Source: Thermoanaerobaculia bacterium
GTDB lineage: Bacteria; Acidobacteriota; Thermoanaerobaculia; Multivoradales; Multivoraceae
Assembly: GCA_963664405.1 (NCBI GenBank)
Contig: OY761158.1
Location: 4,480,001 to 4,544,000, forward strand
DNA length: 64,000 nt
Direction: 5' to 3'
Shown piece by piece: positions 10,732 to 22,349 of this stretch. Made by a program: the position numbers and the translations under genes. How positions within the stretch are numbered: the first letter of the stretch is position 1; every line of letters begins with the position of its first letter. Under the pieces are notes generated by a model that was given only the letters and a program-made list of their open reading frames with translations, made no database searches and was not told where the DNA came from.

Positions 10732-10956
10732 ATGGAGATTGAGAGCGGACGCCTACTGAAAACAGCGGAGGCCGCCGCCTTATGCGGGCTGTCGCCGCGG
10801 ACGCTTGAAGCGCATCGCTTTCGTGGCACCGGCCCTGTCTATGTATCGCTGTCCCCGAGGTGCGTCAGGTACGAGCTACGCGATCTCACTGAGTGGGTCG
10901 CGAGCAGCCGGAGAATATCTACTTCCGCGGTCGCACCGCCGGACCTGGGTCTATGA
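10732..10956 (+). CDS. AlpA/excisionase-like HTH protein
   Basis: LLKTAEAAALCGLSPRTLEAHRFRGTGPVYVSLSPRCVRYELRDLTEWV; strong RBS. Confidence 0.88.
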   Translation: MEIESGRLLKTAEAAALCGLSPRTLEAHRFRGTGPVYVSLSPRCVRYELRDLTEWVASSRRISTSAVAPPDLGL

Positions 10957-11282
10957 CCCTTACCAGTCGGAGACGTGCCTTTCTCTTCAACCCCGAGAAG
11001 CACTTCGGTGCCGCTGAAGAGGCTCCGGTGGCAATAACCGTTGAAGCACTTCACGAAGTGCTGGCTGAAGCAACGTACGTGATTCCGAATCCGACAGTGT
11101 CAGATGTGCAAGAGCAGCGCTTCACCCATAGAGATCTCCGAATCATGTCGGTGCCTGAGCTAGAGATAGAGAGCGACGGCGTGCGGATGCGGCGCGCGGT
11201 TGAGCAACCGGCCAATCCGTGGCTCGTCGATCGCCTGGAGAGGGTCCGCCAAGAGATGGCCGGCCGAGGGTCTACCGGATGA
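10953..11282 (+). CDS. Hypothetical protein (satellite-like module)
   Basis: ATGA-coupled to alpA; no recognisable motif. Confidence 0.5.
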   Translation: MTLTSRRRAFLFNPEKHFGAAEEAPVAITVEALHEVLAEATYVIPNPTVSDVQEQRFTHRDLRIMSVPELEIESDGVRMRRAVEQPANPWLVDRLERVRQEMAGRGSTG

Positions 11283-11520
11283 CCACGGGACGACACCTGC
11301 CCGAACTCGAGCAGGCCGTTATGGCTCGCAACGGCAAGCGGACGGGCGACGAAGGCGCCTTCTCCTGCCCAGAACCTCAGTCCCATCGGAACGTCGAAAC
11401 GACCACGAGCTCATCGCGCCATGGAGTTCGGACTCGAGGAAGAAGCAATCAGATGACCGCGCTCCTCGACATCGAGGCGGCACGCCGCGCGCCGATCCTC
11501 CGTGTGTGCGAGCAGCCGGC

Positions 11521-14152
11521 ATGAGCAGTTCCACCAGTCCGTACGAGACTCTCCCTGAGGAGTTGAAGGAGCTGTCTCAGTGGCTGATCTGGCGCCTCGA
11601 AGAGCGAGATGGGAAGAAGACCAAGGTTCCGTATCAATCGCGTGCCCCTAGGCAGCACGCCAGCTCGACGGACGCGGAGACCTGGTCAGACTTCGATTCC
11701 GCCGTGGAGGCGTCGAAAAGCAACGGCGCCTCCGGTATCGGCTTTGTCTTCACAGCCGAGGACCCTTACGTTGGCATCGACCTGGACAAATGCATCGACG
11801 ACAGGGATTACCTAACCGCCGAGGCCGAGGCGATCGTAGAGGCCATCGATTCGTACGCGGAGTACTCGCAGAGTGGGCGCGGGCTCCACATCATTGCTCG
11901 CGGACTTGTGCCGGCGAGTCACAAGGGAGGGGGCGTCGAGATCTACTCTGAAGGTCGCTATTTCGTGATGACCGGCGAGCATCTCGAAGGGTCGCCCGAC
12001 ACGATAGAGAACCGACAAGGAAAGATTGAGCAGCTCTATGGTTCGCTGAAGCCGAAACGGCTCGAGAAGCCGCAGGCAGTGCCCAGCGCGACGGCACGTA
12101 AAGGGCCCTACCTCTGCGACGAAGAAGTACTCGATCGCGCCCGCAGTGCCGCCAACGGGGAGCTCTTCAAGGCGCTCTACGACAGGGGCACGTGGCGAGA
12201 GGTGCTACACCCCGACACGGGTGAACAGCTGTACCCGTCCCAGAGCGAGGCGGATCTGGCTCTGTGCGGCAACTTGGCTTTCTGGTGTGGCCAGAGCCCA
12301 GCGCAGATTGATCGTCTCTTCCGGGGTTCGAAGCTCTTTCGCAAAAAGTGGGACGAGCGCCATCACCGTGCCGGGCGAAGCTACGGCCAAGGCACGATCG
12401 ACAAGGCTCTCGAGGGGAAGACCGAGTTCTACGGCGGGACCCAGCAGAATGAGATGACCGAGACCGCTAACAGAGGACCTTCTGTAGCGACGATACTTAT
12501 CCGGTTAGCTCTCGAGCGCTACAAGCTCGGGATGTCGACCGAGGGCGAGCCCTACGCGGTGCCGACCGAAGGGCCGCGAATAGCCCGCCTGCTCCGCGGC
12601 AGTCGTGTGAGCCTGGGCGCCGAACTCGCCGCTGCGTACTTCGATGCGCGAGGAAAGGCCGCCAGCCGTAGCGCCCTCGCCGATGCGTTGGCGACGATCG
12701 AGGGACTCGCGGCGAGGTGCGAACCTGTCGAGCTCCATCTCAGAACGGCACAGACCGACGGTGGGGTGGTCTGGCTTGACCTCGGCCACGAGAAGGGGAA
12801 CTGCGTCCGCATCGATGCCGATGGCTGGAAGCTCACCGATGAGCCTGAGGTACTCTTCCGGCGCTCTCCGGTGACCGCGCTGATGCCAGAGCCGTCACCA
12901 GATGGCGACCTTCTCGCGCTGCGCGACCTGCTCGCTCTGCCTGAGGATTCGGGAGCCTGGCCGCTCATCGTTGGCTGGCTTGTCGGCACGATGTTCCCGG
13001 GAATGCCCCGGCCAGTGCTTCTCCTCACGGGAGAGCAGGGCAGCGGCAAATCGTTCATCACCAGGAAAGTCGCTGGCGTGCTCGATCCGGCGATCCCACC
13101 AACGCGCTGCGCTCCACGTGACGAGCGCGACTGGATCGCCGCCACATCGGCGTCAGCCGTCGTTGCGCTCGACAACATTTCCACCGTGCAGGACTGGCTG
13201 TCGGATGCGATCTGCCGCGCCGTCACCGGCGAGGGCTTCGTTCGCCGCCGGCTCTACACGGACAACGATGTCGCTGTAACGACGTTTCGCAGGTCGATCA
13301 TCGCCAACGGGATCGACCTCGGGGCTTATCGAGGAGACTTGCTTGACAGGTCGATCATTGTCGAGCTGCCCCGGATCGAGGCTGATCGGAGGCGCACCGA
13401 AGAGGACCTCGACCGCGAGTACAAGCGGCTGCTGCCCAAGATCCTTGCTGGCTTGCTCGACCTGGCGGTGAAGGTGCTCGGGGAGCTGCCTACGGTCCAG
13501 GTCCATCAGCCCCCGCGGATGGCGGACTATGCGCGCATCCTGGCTGCCCTCGATCAGGCCACCGGGTCGAGGACTTTAGACGCATATCGCTCGGTCGGGC
13601 GTGAGGCCCTCTCGAGTGCCGTCGACGCCGACCACGTCGCTTCGTGCAGTCGCCGCAATGCTCGACACCGAGGGGACCTGGACTGGTACGGCGACAGATC
13701 TTCTCCACGAGCTAGACAGCCGACAGGGTGATGGCAGGCCGCCGAAAGGGTGGCCTACGACGCCGCAACATCTCGCAGGCAGACTACGTTGCGCCGCTCC
13801 GGCTCTCAGGGCAGACGGGTACGTAATCGACGCCAAGAAAACTCATGGCGGCTCCCGTATATGGACCCTGTCGAAGTCGTGTGGTGCCGAAGTAGAGATG
13901 GTAGGTAAATCACCGTCGGCACCGTCGGCACCGTCGCGGCGGGTGGTCTGTGGAGACGGTGAAGACGACGAGAGAGGCGACCAAAACCCCTGTCGCGACG
14001 GTCGCGACGGTGAGATACCGCCATCTCTATTTGCGGAAACGCGGGAGACGGTGGGAGACGGCGGGGAGACGGTGGGAGACGATGAAACCCCATACCGCGA
14101 CGCTCGCGACGGTGAAATACCTACCACCTCTACTGAGTGGGGAGAGGCGTAA
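11521..14152 (+). CDS. NrS-1-like primase-polymerase fused to a P-loop helicase, frameshift at about 13641
   Basis: QWLIWR..KTKVPY, GIGFVF, GIDLDKC, YAEYSQSGRGLHI, EIYSEGRYFVMTG; Walker A GEQGSGKS; PRMADY; tail WTGTATDLL...WP continues in ORF 13601..14152. Confidence 0.85.
13911..14120. repeat. Iteron-like GACGGTG/CACCGTC repeats, probable replication origin
   Basis: 3x CACCGTCG followed by many oppositely oriented GACGGTG/GACGGCG units in the 3' end of the helicase gene. Confidence 0.65.
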
Positions 14153-14613
14153 TGGACGCACCTGGCGTTCTCGCGGAGTTGCGATCTCGCGTCGAAGAGA
14201 TTGGTGTTGTCGGCGACCGCATCAGATGGAGACCCGCCAACGGTGTCTCCGCGGATCTGGTCCAGGAAATACAGCGCCACAAGCCGGAGCTTCTGCGGCT
14301 GCTGGCCGCCCCCCAGCTTGCCGATGCTCTCCAGGGTGTCGAGTTTGCGCAGGGCTCTCTACTCGCCGAAGACGTCGCCACGATGCTGCTTCGGGACTTT
14401 GCTCGGTCGCGGCTGGTGCTCGAGGTCTTCTCCCGAGCCCTTGACGAGCGCGTCCTCTTCGCCGGTGATCGCGCCCATGTGGACGCCGGGCGCTGCCGCG
14501 AACTCACCTTGTACCGGGGCTCAGAGCTGCTCGAGCTTTGCGGGGTGGATGCGCCGAACTTGCGTGTGATTCACGATGCAAAGAAGGTCTTCGGCGGGCA
14601 GGTGGTGACGTGA
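14152..14613 (+). CDS. TubC N-terminal docking-domain-like protein
   Basis: VLAELRSR...VVGDRIRWRP...LVQEIQRHKPELLRLL, a type often found after mobile-element primases. Confidence 0.6.
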   Translation: MDAPGVLAELRSRVEEIGVVGDRIRWRPANGVSADLVQEIQRHKPELLRLLAAPQLADALQGVEFAQGSLLAEDVATMLLRDFARSRLVLEVFSRALDERVLFAGDRAHVDAGRCRELTLYRGSELLELCGVDAPNLRVIHDAKKVFGGQVVT

Positions 14614-14715
14614 TGGCTGTCACGATCACATGCAGCAACGAGCCTTTGGGGGCTCCCCTTACGGCGCAGACAGGTCCACAATTAAGAAGTGGCCTGGATC
14701 CTACCCCCGCCCCGC

Positions 14716-14920
14716 ATGACCAGAACTAAAGCCCCGACCTCAGTTACCCGCCTGAACTGGCAGCTCATCCTCGTCGATGCCGCTGCCATCGTCGAGAGCT
14801 ACGACCCGCCGGTTACCTTGAGGCAGCTGTTTTATCGCCTCGTGGCCGCGGGCGTGATTCCGAACACGTCGACCGCCTATAAGACCTTATCCAGCCGCAC
14901 CGCCGCCGCACGCCGCGCGC
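14716..14920 (+). pseudogene. N-terminal remnant of a Topo VI-A/TOPRIM-like protein
   Basis: IVESYDPPVTLRQLFYRLVAAGVIPNTSTAYKTL...AARR, then the sequence becomes unrelated. Confidence 0.45.
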
Positions 14921-15440
14921 CCGGCAGCGGCGAGACGGTCCTCGGGGAGATCATCGAAGAGGATGATGTCCGCGACCGACGAACAGGAAGAGTGCTCGCC
15001 CCGTGGTGCCTCGACTGCCTGAGCCGCATGGATGCCAGGTTTTGCACAATGAGTAACCCTGAAAATGCCGACGAATGCCTAGCCAGAAAATGGCTTGAAT
15101 CGCAAGGTTACACGAACATCAAACGACTATGCCTCGACCCTCCGGACTATGAAGATAGGCTGGCGAGCTACTTCCACGGCTCCCGGCGGTTGGCGCTCGA
15201 TGAGCGCCACTCACTTTCCCGGCTTGCCGATGAGAACCAAAAGGAGAAGGCGCAGTGCGCCTCCTCCGCTGTCGCTCCGGCCCTGCGGGTGACACTGGCC
15301 GCCCGCTGCGGCTCCAGATGCCGCTTTAGGGCCGGAAGGGTGCCTTCCGGCCCGTCCAGACGGACCAGGATGCACCACCAGAGTTGACGCAATGTCCGTG
15401 TTTCACTATTTTAGTGTAACCTGTGCCAGAGGACCCAACG

Positions 15441-15683
15441 ATGAAGAACATCACCATCACGCTGCCCGAGGATCTCGCTCGATGGCTGCGGGTTCGTGCG
15501 GCGGAGAACGAACGTAGTGTGTCCAGGTGGGTGGCCGAGCTCCTTGCGAGGATGCGGCATCAAGAAGACGAGTACGAGGTCGCGATGAAGCAAGCTCTGG
15601 CGGTCAAGCCACGCAAGATGGAGTGGGTCGACGGACGCAAACCAACCCGGGAAGAGTTGCATGACCGGCCAAGTTTTCGTTGA
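15441..15683 (+). CDS. CopG/RHH antitoxin (VapB-like)
   Basis: MKNITITLPEDLARWLRVRAAENERSVSRWV...TREELHDR. Confidence 0.85.
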   Translation: MKNITITLPEDLARWLRVRAAENERSVSRWVAELLARMRHQEDEYEVAMKQALAVKPRKMEWVDGRKPTREELHDRPSFR

Positions 15684-16125
15684 TACCAACGTCATCGTCT
15701 ACCGGTACGACACCAATGATCCAAAGAAGCAAGTCCGTGCCGACGACTGGCACACGCTTGTCTGGAACACCCGTTCAGGCAGGCTGAGCTTCCAGGTCTT
15801 GCAGGAGTCCTACGCGACGCTGACGCGAAAACTGAAACCGGCCATGGCGAGCGCAGACGCGCAACGGATCGTCCGCAGTCTCGCCGCGTGGCGACCGGTT
15901 ACGATTAACCTCGCGATCCTAGAACGCGCTTGGCTTCTCGAGGAGCGCCATTCCCTTTCCTGGTGGGATGCCCTCATCGTCGCGGCCGCGCAGACGTGTC
16001 AGTGCAAAGTCCTCCTGACCGAGGACCTGCAGCACGGCCAGAAATTTGGCTCGGTTCGGGTAATCGATCCCTTTGCGTCGCCGGAGCAGACGCCAGCGGA
16101 TGTCCTTGAAGCGCTGGCGCAGTGA
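15661..16125 (+). CDS. PIN-domain toxin (VapC-like)
   Basis: FVDTNVIVY, SFQVLQE, SWWDALIVAAA, LLTEDLQHG. Confidence 0.92.
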   Translation: MTGQVFVDTNVIVYRYDTNDPKKQVRADDWHTLVWNTRSGRLSFQVLQESYATLTRKLKPAMASADAQRIVRSLAAWRPVTINLAILERAWLLEERHSLSWWDALIVAAAQTCQCKVLLTEDLQHGQKFGSVRVIDPFASPEQTPADVLEALAQ

Positions 16126-16216
16126 GCGGAACTCATAAGTTATTGGAGGATGGAATGCGATTTCGTCTAGCTGCATTATTCGTCGGGTTCGCGCTGCTTG
16201 CTGCGGTGCGCTCGCC

Positions 16217-16310
16217 CTCAACAGCCGACCCCGCAAGACACTCGGCTGGAGAACCCCTGCCGAAGTCTTCGATGAGCTTGTACACTCTGCGTGCCTGCGC
16301 CGGTTGAGAA
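16217..16310 (+). mobile_element. IS30-family transposase C-terminal remnant
   Basis: Translates LNSRPRKTLGWRTPAEVFDE. Confidence 0.6.
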
Positions 16311-16563
16311 TGACCGCGGATTCCAATCGAATCTGACCGCCAGGAAGCGCGCCCGACTCGCCCAAAACCGGATCCGGTGTGACGCAGGCGCAGACGTGAG
16401 GCTCTCCAACCCGATCGACGCGCCCGGCCGGGCCCGGCGACGGCTAGCGAATAGACTCAGAACCCAGGAGGACCGGAATCGGACCTAGACATCCAACAGG
16501 TCAGATTCACTGGAATAGGCACTCTGCTCAACAAGGCAACGTTGCGACGATCCCTTGAACCCA

Positions 16564-17469
16564 AGCTGGCTACCTCGATCACTGTGATGGATCAGGCCGG
16601 GGGCCGCACGGCGGCTCTGCACGGCACGTTCTAACGCGCGATGACAAAAGCTCGACTCGAGCGAGGAGCTCGTCGCCCAAGCCCACAACTTTGCGAGAGA
16701 ACAGATCGAGCAACACCGCCAAGTACAGCCAGCCCTCCCTCGTCCGAATCTGCGTGATATCGCCCGCCCAGATCTGGTTGGGTCCGGCGGCCGTAAAGTT
16801 CTGGGCCACAAGGTTCTCGGCCACTGGCAGCGAATGCGAGGAGTCGGTCGTGGACACACGAAACTGCCGGGTCTTCTTCGCCACCAGCCCGCCCTCGCCC
16901 ACCGACCGACTCAGTCGCCGAGAACCGTACGTCTCGCGCGATTCCTTGAACTCTCCTGCCATCTTCAACTTCAGAAGGCGATCTTCCCGACTCCGCTCGC
17001 TCTCCGGCCGGACAAGCCAAGCGTAGTACCCACTCGTCGACACCTCGAGGACGCGACACATCCGGCGCACCGAGAACTCGTCCCGATGCTGCCGGATGAG
17101 CGCGAACCTCATCGACGGGGCTCCGAGAAGATCGCCACCGCTTTTTTTAGAATGTCTCGTTCCTCCCGAACGCGGCTCAGCTCGCGACGGAGTTTCGCCA
17201 ATTCTGCGTCCCGCTCTTTCTGCCGGCCCAGACCTGGGAACGACTGCTCGCGGTCCTCGCTATATTGACCCACCCAGCGACGAACCACATCTCCGGACGA
17301 AGCTCCAGATCCTTCGATACATCCATCACGCTGTGGCCGCCGTCGGTCACCATACGAACCACGTCCAACTTGAATTCACGGCTGAAACGACGACGCTTGC
17401 TCATCACCAACACCTCCTCGGCGCATTCTCGCGCCTTCTACAGGTGTCCACAATTCTCGGACCGGCTCA
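16564..17469 (-). mobile_element. IS3-family element, degenerate and truncated
   Basis: TG-starting end TGAGCCGGTCCGAGAATTGTGGACACC; OrfA RRRFSREFKLDVV; A7G slippery site at about 17142-17148; OrfB WAGDITQI..GWLYLAVLLDLFSR..HHSDRGSQ. Confidence 0.85.
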
Positions 17470-17510
17470 GTAGCCCGTGCCATAATGGCGGCTAGGGAAC
17501 GGCGGGCATT

Positions 17511-20325
17511 ATGAGAGGACTGGATCAGATCTTCGGTATGGGCGTTGTGTTGCTGTTGAGTGTGCCGGCCAGTGCGCTGGCCCAGGAGAGCGCTGTCGTG
17601 AGGGGGGATCGTGACCGACAGCACCGGAGCCGTCATTCCCGGTGCGGAAGTCACGGTGATCCACGAAACGACCGATGAAGCCACAACAGGCTTGACAAAC
17701 GAAAGCGGGAATTACGAGTTCACTGGTTTGCCACCTGGGCTTTATACGCTAACAGTGGACTCGCCCGGCTTTCAAACGGGCACCTACAGCAATGTTGACC
17801 TCGGGTCCGGCCAACCGGTTCAGCAGAATTTTAGCCTCGGGATCGGCGCGGTCGACATGACTCTCGTCGTCGTTGGCACTCGCGCGGAGCCGCGCTCGGT
17901 CACTGAGTCGACGGTGCCGGTCGACGCCATCTCGCCCCAAGAAATCGTCCGTCAAGGCGACACCGACCTGAGCAACCGGTTACGGACGGTCATTCCCTCC
18001 TACAACGTTTCCGTGCACCCGATCGCCGATGCGGCGACGATCGTCCGGCCAGCGAGCCTGAGAAACCTGGCACCGGAGCATACGCTAGTGCTGGTGAACG
18101 GCAAGCGGCGCCACCGCTCGTCAATCATCGCCTGGCAGTTCGGATCGACGGTCGGCAATCACGGCCCAGACATATCGACCATCCCGTCAATTGCGCTGCG
18201 GCAGGTTGAGGTGCTGCGCGACGGCGCGTCGGCGCAATACGGCTCGGACGCCATCGCCGGCGTGATGAACTTTCAGCTCAAGGACGCCAACTCGGGCGGC
18301 CGCTTTGAGATCAACAGCGGCACCTATGGCAAGGAAGGAGGAGGCAGCTACACCTTCGTCGGCAATGTCGGGCTTCCCATCGGCCAGACCGGATTCGCCA
18401 ACTTGAGCCTCGAGTACGGCAATACTAATCGGACTGACGTCAGCATTCAGCGGGCCGACGCAGCGGGACTCATCGCCGCGGGCAACAACGCCGTCGCTAT
18501 CCCGGCGCAGCCGTGGGGTGCGCCCGATGTCGACGACGACTTCAAGTTTTTTGGCAACTTCGGCCACCCGTTCGCGAACGGCCTGCAGCTCTACGGCCAC
18601 ACCAACTATGCCGGACGGAAGGTGACCGGAAACTTTTTCTATCGGAACCCCACCGATAATGCGCTCTTCGGCGACGGCAAGCAACTGTTGGTCGGCGACC
18701 GGCTCCAGGCGGGTGGCCAGGGCTCCGCAGACTGCCCCACGGTTCCGATCGTCGACAGTGTGCCGGATCCGGCGGCCCTCGACCGGCTGAACCAGAACCA
18801 GAACTGCTTCGCCTTTGCACAGCGGTTCCCGGGTGGCTTCACACCGCGGTTCAGTGGCAAAGTGACCGACGGGTCGGTGGTCGCCGGTCTGCGTGGGTTC
18901 ACGACCACCGACCTCACTTGGGATGTCAGCACCAGCTACGGAGCCCATCAGACCGATTTCTTCCTGCGGGATACGGTCAACGCCTCGCTCGGCCTGGAGA
19001 GCCCGACCGAATTCGACCCCGGCCATGTACGGCAGGAGGAACTGGGCCTCAATTTCGACGTCTCCTACGCCGCTACTGACCGGTTGAACATCGCCGCGGG
19101 CACCGAGTGGCGTCATGAGCGGTTTGAGATCGGGGCCGGGGACCGGGCATCGTACGAAATCGGCCCCTACGCGAACCAGGGTTTCACATCCGGGTAGAAC
19201 GGCTTTCCCGGTTTCAGCCAAGCGTGGTCGGGAGGGTGGAACCGCAACAGCCGCGCGGTCTACGGAGACCTCGAGTTGCGCGATTTGGATGGCGCCTGGA
19301 CCATCGGCGGAGCCGTCCGGTTCGAGCACTTCGATCTCTTCGGCGCCACGACGAACGGGAAGCTCTCCGGCCGCTACCGGTTCGCTCCCTCCGTCGCCCT
19401 GCGCGGCAGCGTAGGCAGCGGGTTCCGCGCGCCGACGGTTGGACAGCAATATGCGCAGAACGTGCAGACCACGCTCGACTCGAACGGGAATCTGGTCGAT
19501 AGAGGCACCATTCAGTCGAACTCCGCGGTGGCGATGCTGAAGGGCGGACAGGCACTCAAGCCGGAGACGTCGGTCAACTACACCATCGGCACGATCATCG
19601 ATACCGGGGCGTTCACCCTCACCGCTGACTACTTTCACATCGACGTCTCCGACCGCCTCACGCTGACGCGGGACTTCACCCTCACGGCGGACGAGGTCGC
19701 CCAAGTCGAAAGGACCGGCGTCCAGGGTGCCAGCACCCTGACCTCGTTTAACTTCTTCACGAACGATTTCTCGACCCGGACGCGGGGAATCGACTTGGTT
19801 TCGACCTGGACGCCACTCGCCCTCGGCGGGAATACGGCGTTCAGCGCCGCCTACAACTACACCGACACCGAGGTGACGGGTGAGACCGGCCTGCTCGGAG
19901 AAGGCGACATCGTCGCCTTGGAGAACTACGTGCCAAACACCCGCTGGAACGTCAGCGTCACACAGCGCGCCGGTCGGATGAGTATCCTCGGCCGCCTGAA
20001 CTACTACGGATCGTGGATAGACTCCTGGGACGCAAAGTTACTCGGGCGGGGCAAAGCCGCCCCAGTCTTCGGTGGCAAGCCGATTGTCGATCTTGAGGTT
20101 TCCATGCCGCTCGCCGAAAGGGTCACGCTGGCGCTCGGCGGACAGAACGTCTTCAACACATTCTCGGACAAGTACGAGAACACCTTCACCGACATCGGCG
20201 GCGCGCCGATCACCATGCGTTTCTTCGGCATGCCCTACAGCCCGTTCACACCGTGGGGTTTCAACGGCGCCTACTACTATGCCCGTCTCAGCTATTCCTT
20301 CGGCACGGGCCTCAGCACAAGATGA
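17511..20325 (+). pseudogene. TonB-dependent receptor with carboxypeptidase-regulatory-like N-domain; frameshift at G-run 17602-17607 and in-frame TAG at 19195
   Basis: Signal peptide, VTDSTGAVIPGAEV, plug LRNLAPEHTLVLVNGKRRH and EVLRDGASAQYGSDAIAGV, C-terminal GFNGAYYYARLSYSF. Confidence 0.88.
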
Positions 20326-20577
20326 CCGTTACTGGTCCGTGAAGTCCTCTGAAATTCGGCCCAAAGACCAGCGCTGGAGGGGCTTGCACAAAAGGAGCGG
20401 CTTTGCAACCCTCTGACCACGGACGTGTTTTCAAGGGCTTAGACGTTGCGAAACGGTATTGCAGTATTAATTCGACTAGCAATAGGTTTGTGAAACCAAG
20501 TTTTCCAACGCGCACCCACGGAATTGCGCGAGGTTACCCTCTGATCGATTTTCATTGAGTACGATATCCGTTCTCTT

Positions 20578-20751
20578 ACACCACTTTCGGTAATGCCAAA
20601 TGATTTCATTCTTGAAATTCATATATCCGAAGATGGCATCCATCATGAGCTTCAAGTAATGCCCCATGGTGGGATCGCAGTGCAGGTAGATTGAGCCAAT
20701 GGGCTTGAGTATTCGCCGCATTTCGATGAGCCGGATCGCCATGTAGGTTAG
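20578..20751 (-). pseudogene. Fragment of an N6/N4 DNA methyltransferase
   Basis: LTYMAIRLIEMRRILKPIGSIYLHCDPTMGHYLKLMMDAIFG..NFKNEIIWHY; cut by the IS1380 left end. Confidence 0.75.
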
Positions 20752-21472
20752 CCCCGATTTGCGAGAAAGATCGCCGTGAGCTGGTGTCCCGAGAAGAGAA
20801 AGGCCTTCCGCCGTGGTGTACTTCGGGTGTCAAAGCCCAAGAGAGGTCACCACAACGAAAGGCCACTTTCAATGCGATTAAGAAGAGCAGATCTCAGGCG
20901 TCGGGTCAATGGTCGAATGGAGTACCGATGCGGCCTGCAGCAAGTCACTTCGCATGCCGGATTGGAGCTGGTGCGGGAGTTTGTTCAGGGGCGGAGGTTT
21001 CGCGAACGGGTTCGCCGCCTGGTCGGGAATGCGTTCCCGAACACGGACTTCGGCACCGTAGCGATGCTGCTTCTGTTGCTCGGCCTTCTGATGGTCGGCG
21101 GTCGTCGGATCTGGCACCTTCGCTACGTGCAGTTCGATCCGATCTTGGCCAGGTTCGCCGGGTTGCGCCGGCTCCCGTCGACAAGGACCGTAAGCGGGTG
21201 GCTGGCGCAGCTGTCCTCGAGTCACGTGGCGCGTTTGGTACGGCTCAACTCGGAGGTGGTCGGCGAGGCTCTGAATGCGGCGGGACGGGCGCGCTTGACG
21301 ATCGATGTCGATGGCTCGGTGGTCTCTACTGGACAGACGGTCGAAGGAGCGAAGTGTGGCTTCAATCCTCACCACCGGAAGGTCCCGAGCTACTACCCGA
21401 TCACCGCCTACGAGGCGCAGTCGGGCCAGATCCTGCGGGTCGAGAACCGTCCGGGTAACGTCCACGATGGAA
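20752..21472 (+). mobile_element. IS1380-family element, partial second copy
   Basis: Reverse complement of 185-906; ORF 20776..21477 stops after RPGNVHDG. Confidence 0.8.
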
Positions 21473-21509
21473 GATGATGACGATTGTGAGTCGATCCTAC
21501 ACGTCAACC

Positions 21510-22275
21510 GGGTCGTCGGGCCAAACGCTTCGAGACCGTGCTCGGAGCGATGCGCCTGGAGCGGGCGTATTACGACTGTCCCAACTGTAAGACAGGCTTC
21601 TGCCCTCGCGACCGTGGGCTGGGTCTGGAAGGGCGCTCGCTGTCGCCGGCCGTCACCCGGATGGTGGGCACCGTTGGTGCCCTGGTGAGCTTCCAGGAGG
21701 GCAGCGAGCTGCTCTCGGAGCTTTCGGGGATCGAGGTCGGCGCGAAACAGGTGGAGCGCACCGCCGAGGCCTTGGGGCGTGAGATCGCCCAGCATGAGCG
21801 ACAGGTCGTCGAGTCCGCCAACTCTTCCGAGATCCCGGAGACACTGTACCTGGGAGTGGACGGCACCGGGGTGCCGATGCGCCGCTCCGAGCTCGCCGGC
21901 CGCGCCGGCAAGCAGCCCGACGGATCGGCCAAGACCCGCGAGGTGAAACTGTGTACGCTGTGGAGTGCCCAGGGGCGCGACGAGGAGGATCGGCCGGTGC
22001 GAGATCGCGGCTCGGTGAGCTACTCCGCCGCCATCGAGACGGCGGCCACACACGACGTGGACCGCGAAGTAGCTCCCCTTCTGGCGGCGGGTCGAGCGCG
22101 AAGCCCAGCGGCGAGGCTTCGATCGCGTGGCGCACCAGGTCGTTTTAGGCGATGGGGCCCGGTGGATCTGGAATCTCGCCGACGAGCTCTTTCCCCGGGC
22201 GACCCAGATCGTCGACCTCTTCCACGCCTAGCTGCCACACCCACCCAACTCATCTCACAAATCTGACGTACGCCC
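21510..22275 (+). mobile_element. ISKra4-family fragment with internal deletion and intact right end
   Basis: Paralogue of 24777-25490 (LYLGVDGTGVPM, AKTREVK); ends CTCACAAATCTGACGTACGCCC like the full copy. Confidence 0.75.
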
Positions 22276-22303
22276 CGTTTCGATCGCGGTTACGAATTCC
22301 CAC

Positions 22304-22335
22304 AAAAAAACGGGGCGGGCAAAAGCCCGCCCCGT
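22304..22335 (-). terminator. Rho-independent terminator of the S-layer-like gene
   Basis: ACGGGGCGGGC-TTTT-GCCCGCCCCGT stem followed by a U-run on the minus strand. Confidence 0.85.
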
Positions 22336-22349
22336 AAGAAAATCCGCTT

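Noticed and set aside
11200-11520. N-terminal extension of the 843-aa primase ORF
   Set aside because: Recognisable primase sequence starts at ATG 11521; the upstream part looks like remnants in other frames.
13911-14120. Short repeats as a CRISPR array
   Set aside because: Units are 7-10 bp, lack unique regular spacers, and no cas genes are present.
14920-15387. 232-aa ORF 14689..15387 as one gene
   Set aside because: It reads as a patchwork of unrelated fragments after the TOPRIM-like start.
19195-19197. In-frame TAG in the TonB receptor as pyrrolysine or recoding
   Set aside because: The context G*NGFPGF fits a TCG(Ser)-to-TAG change. The gene also has a frameshift, and TAG is a normal stop elsewhere (tuf, rplL, fusA).
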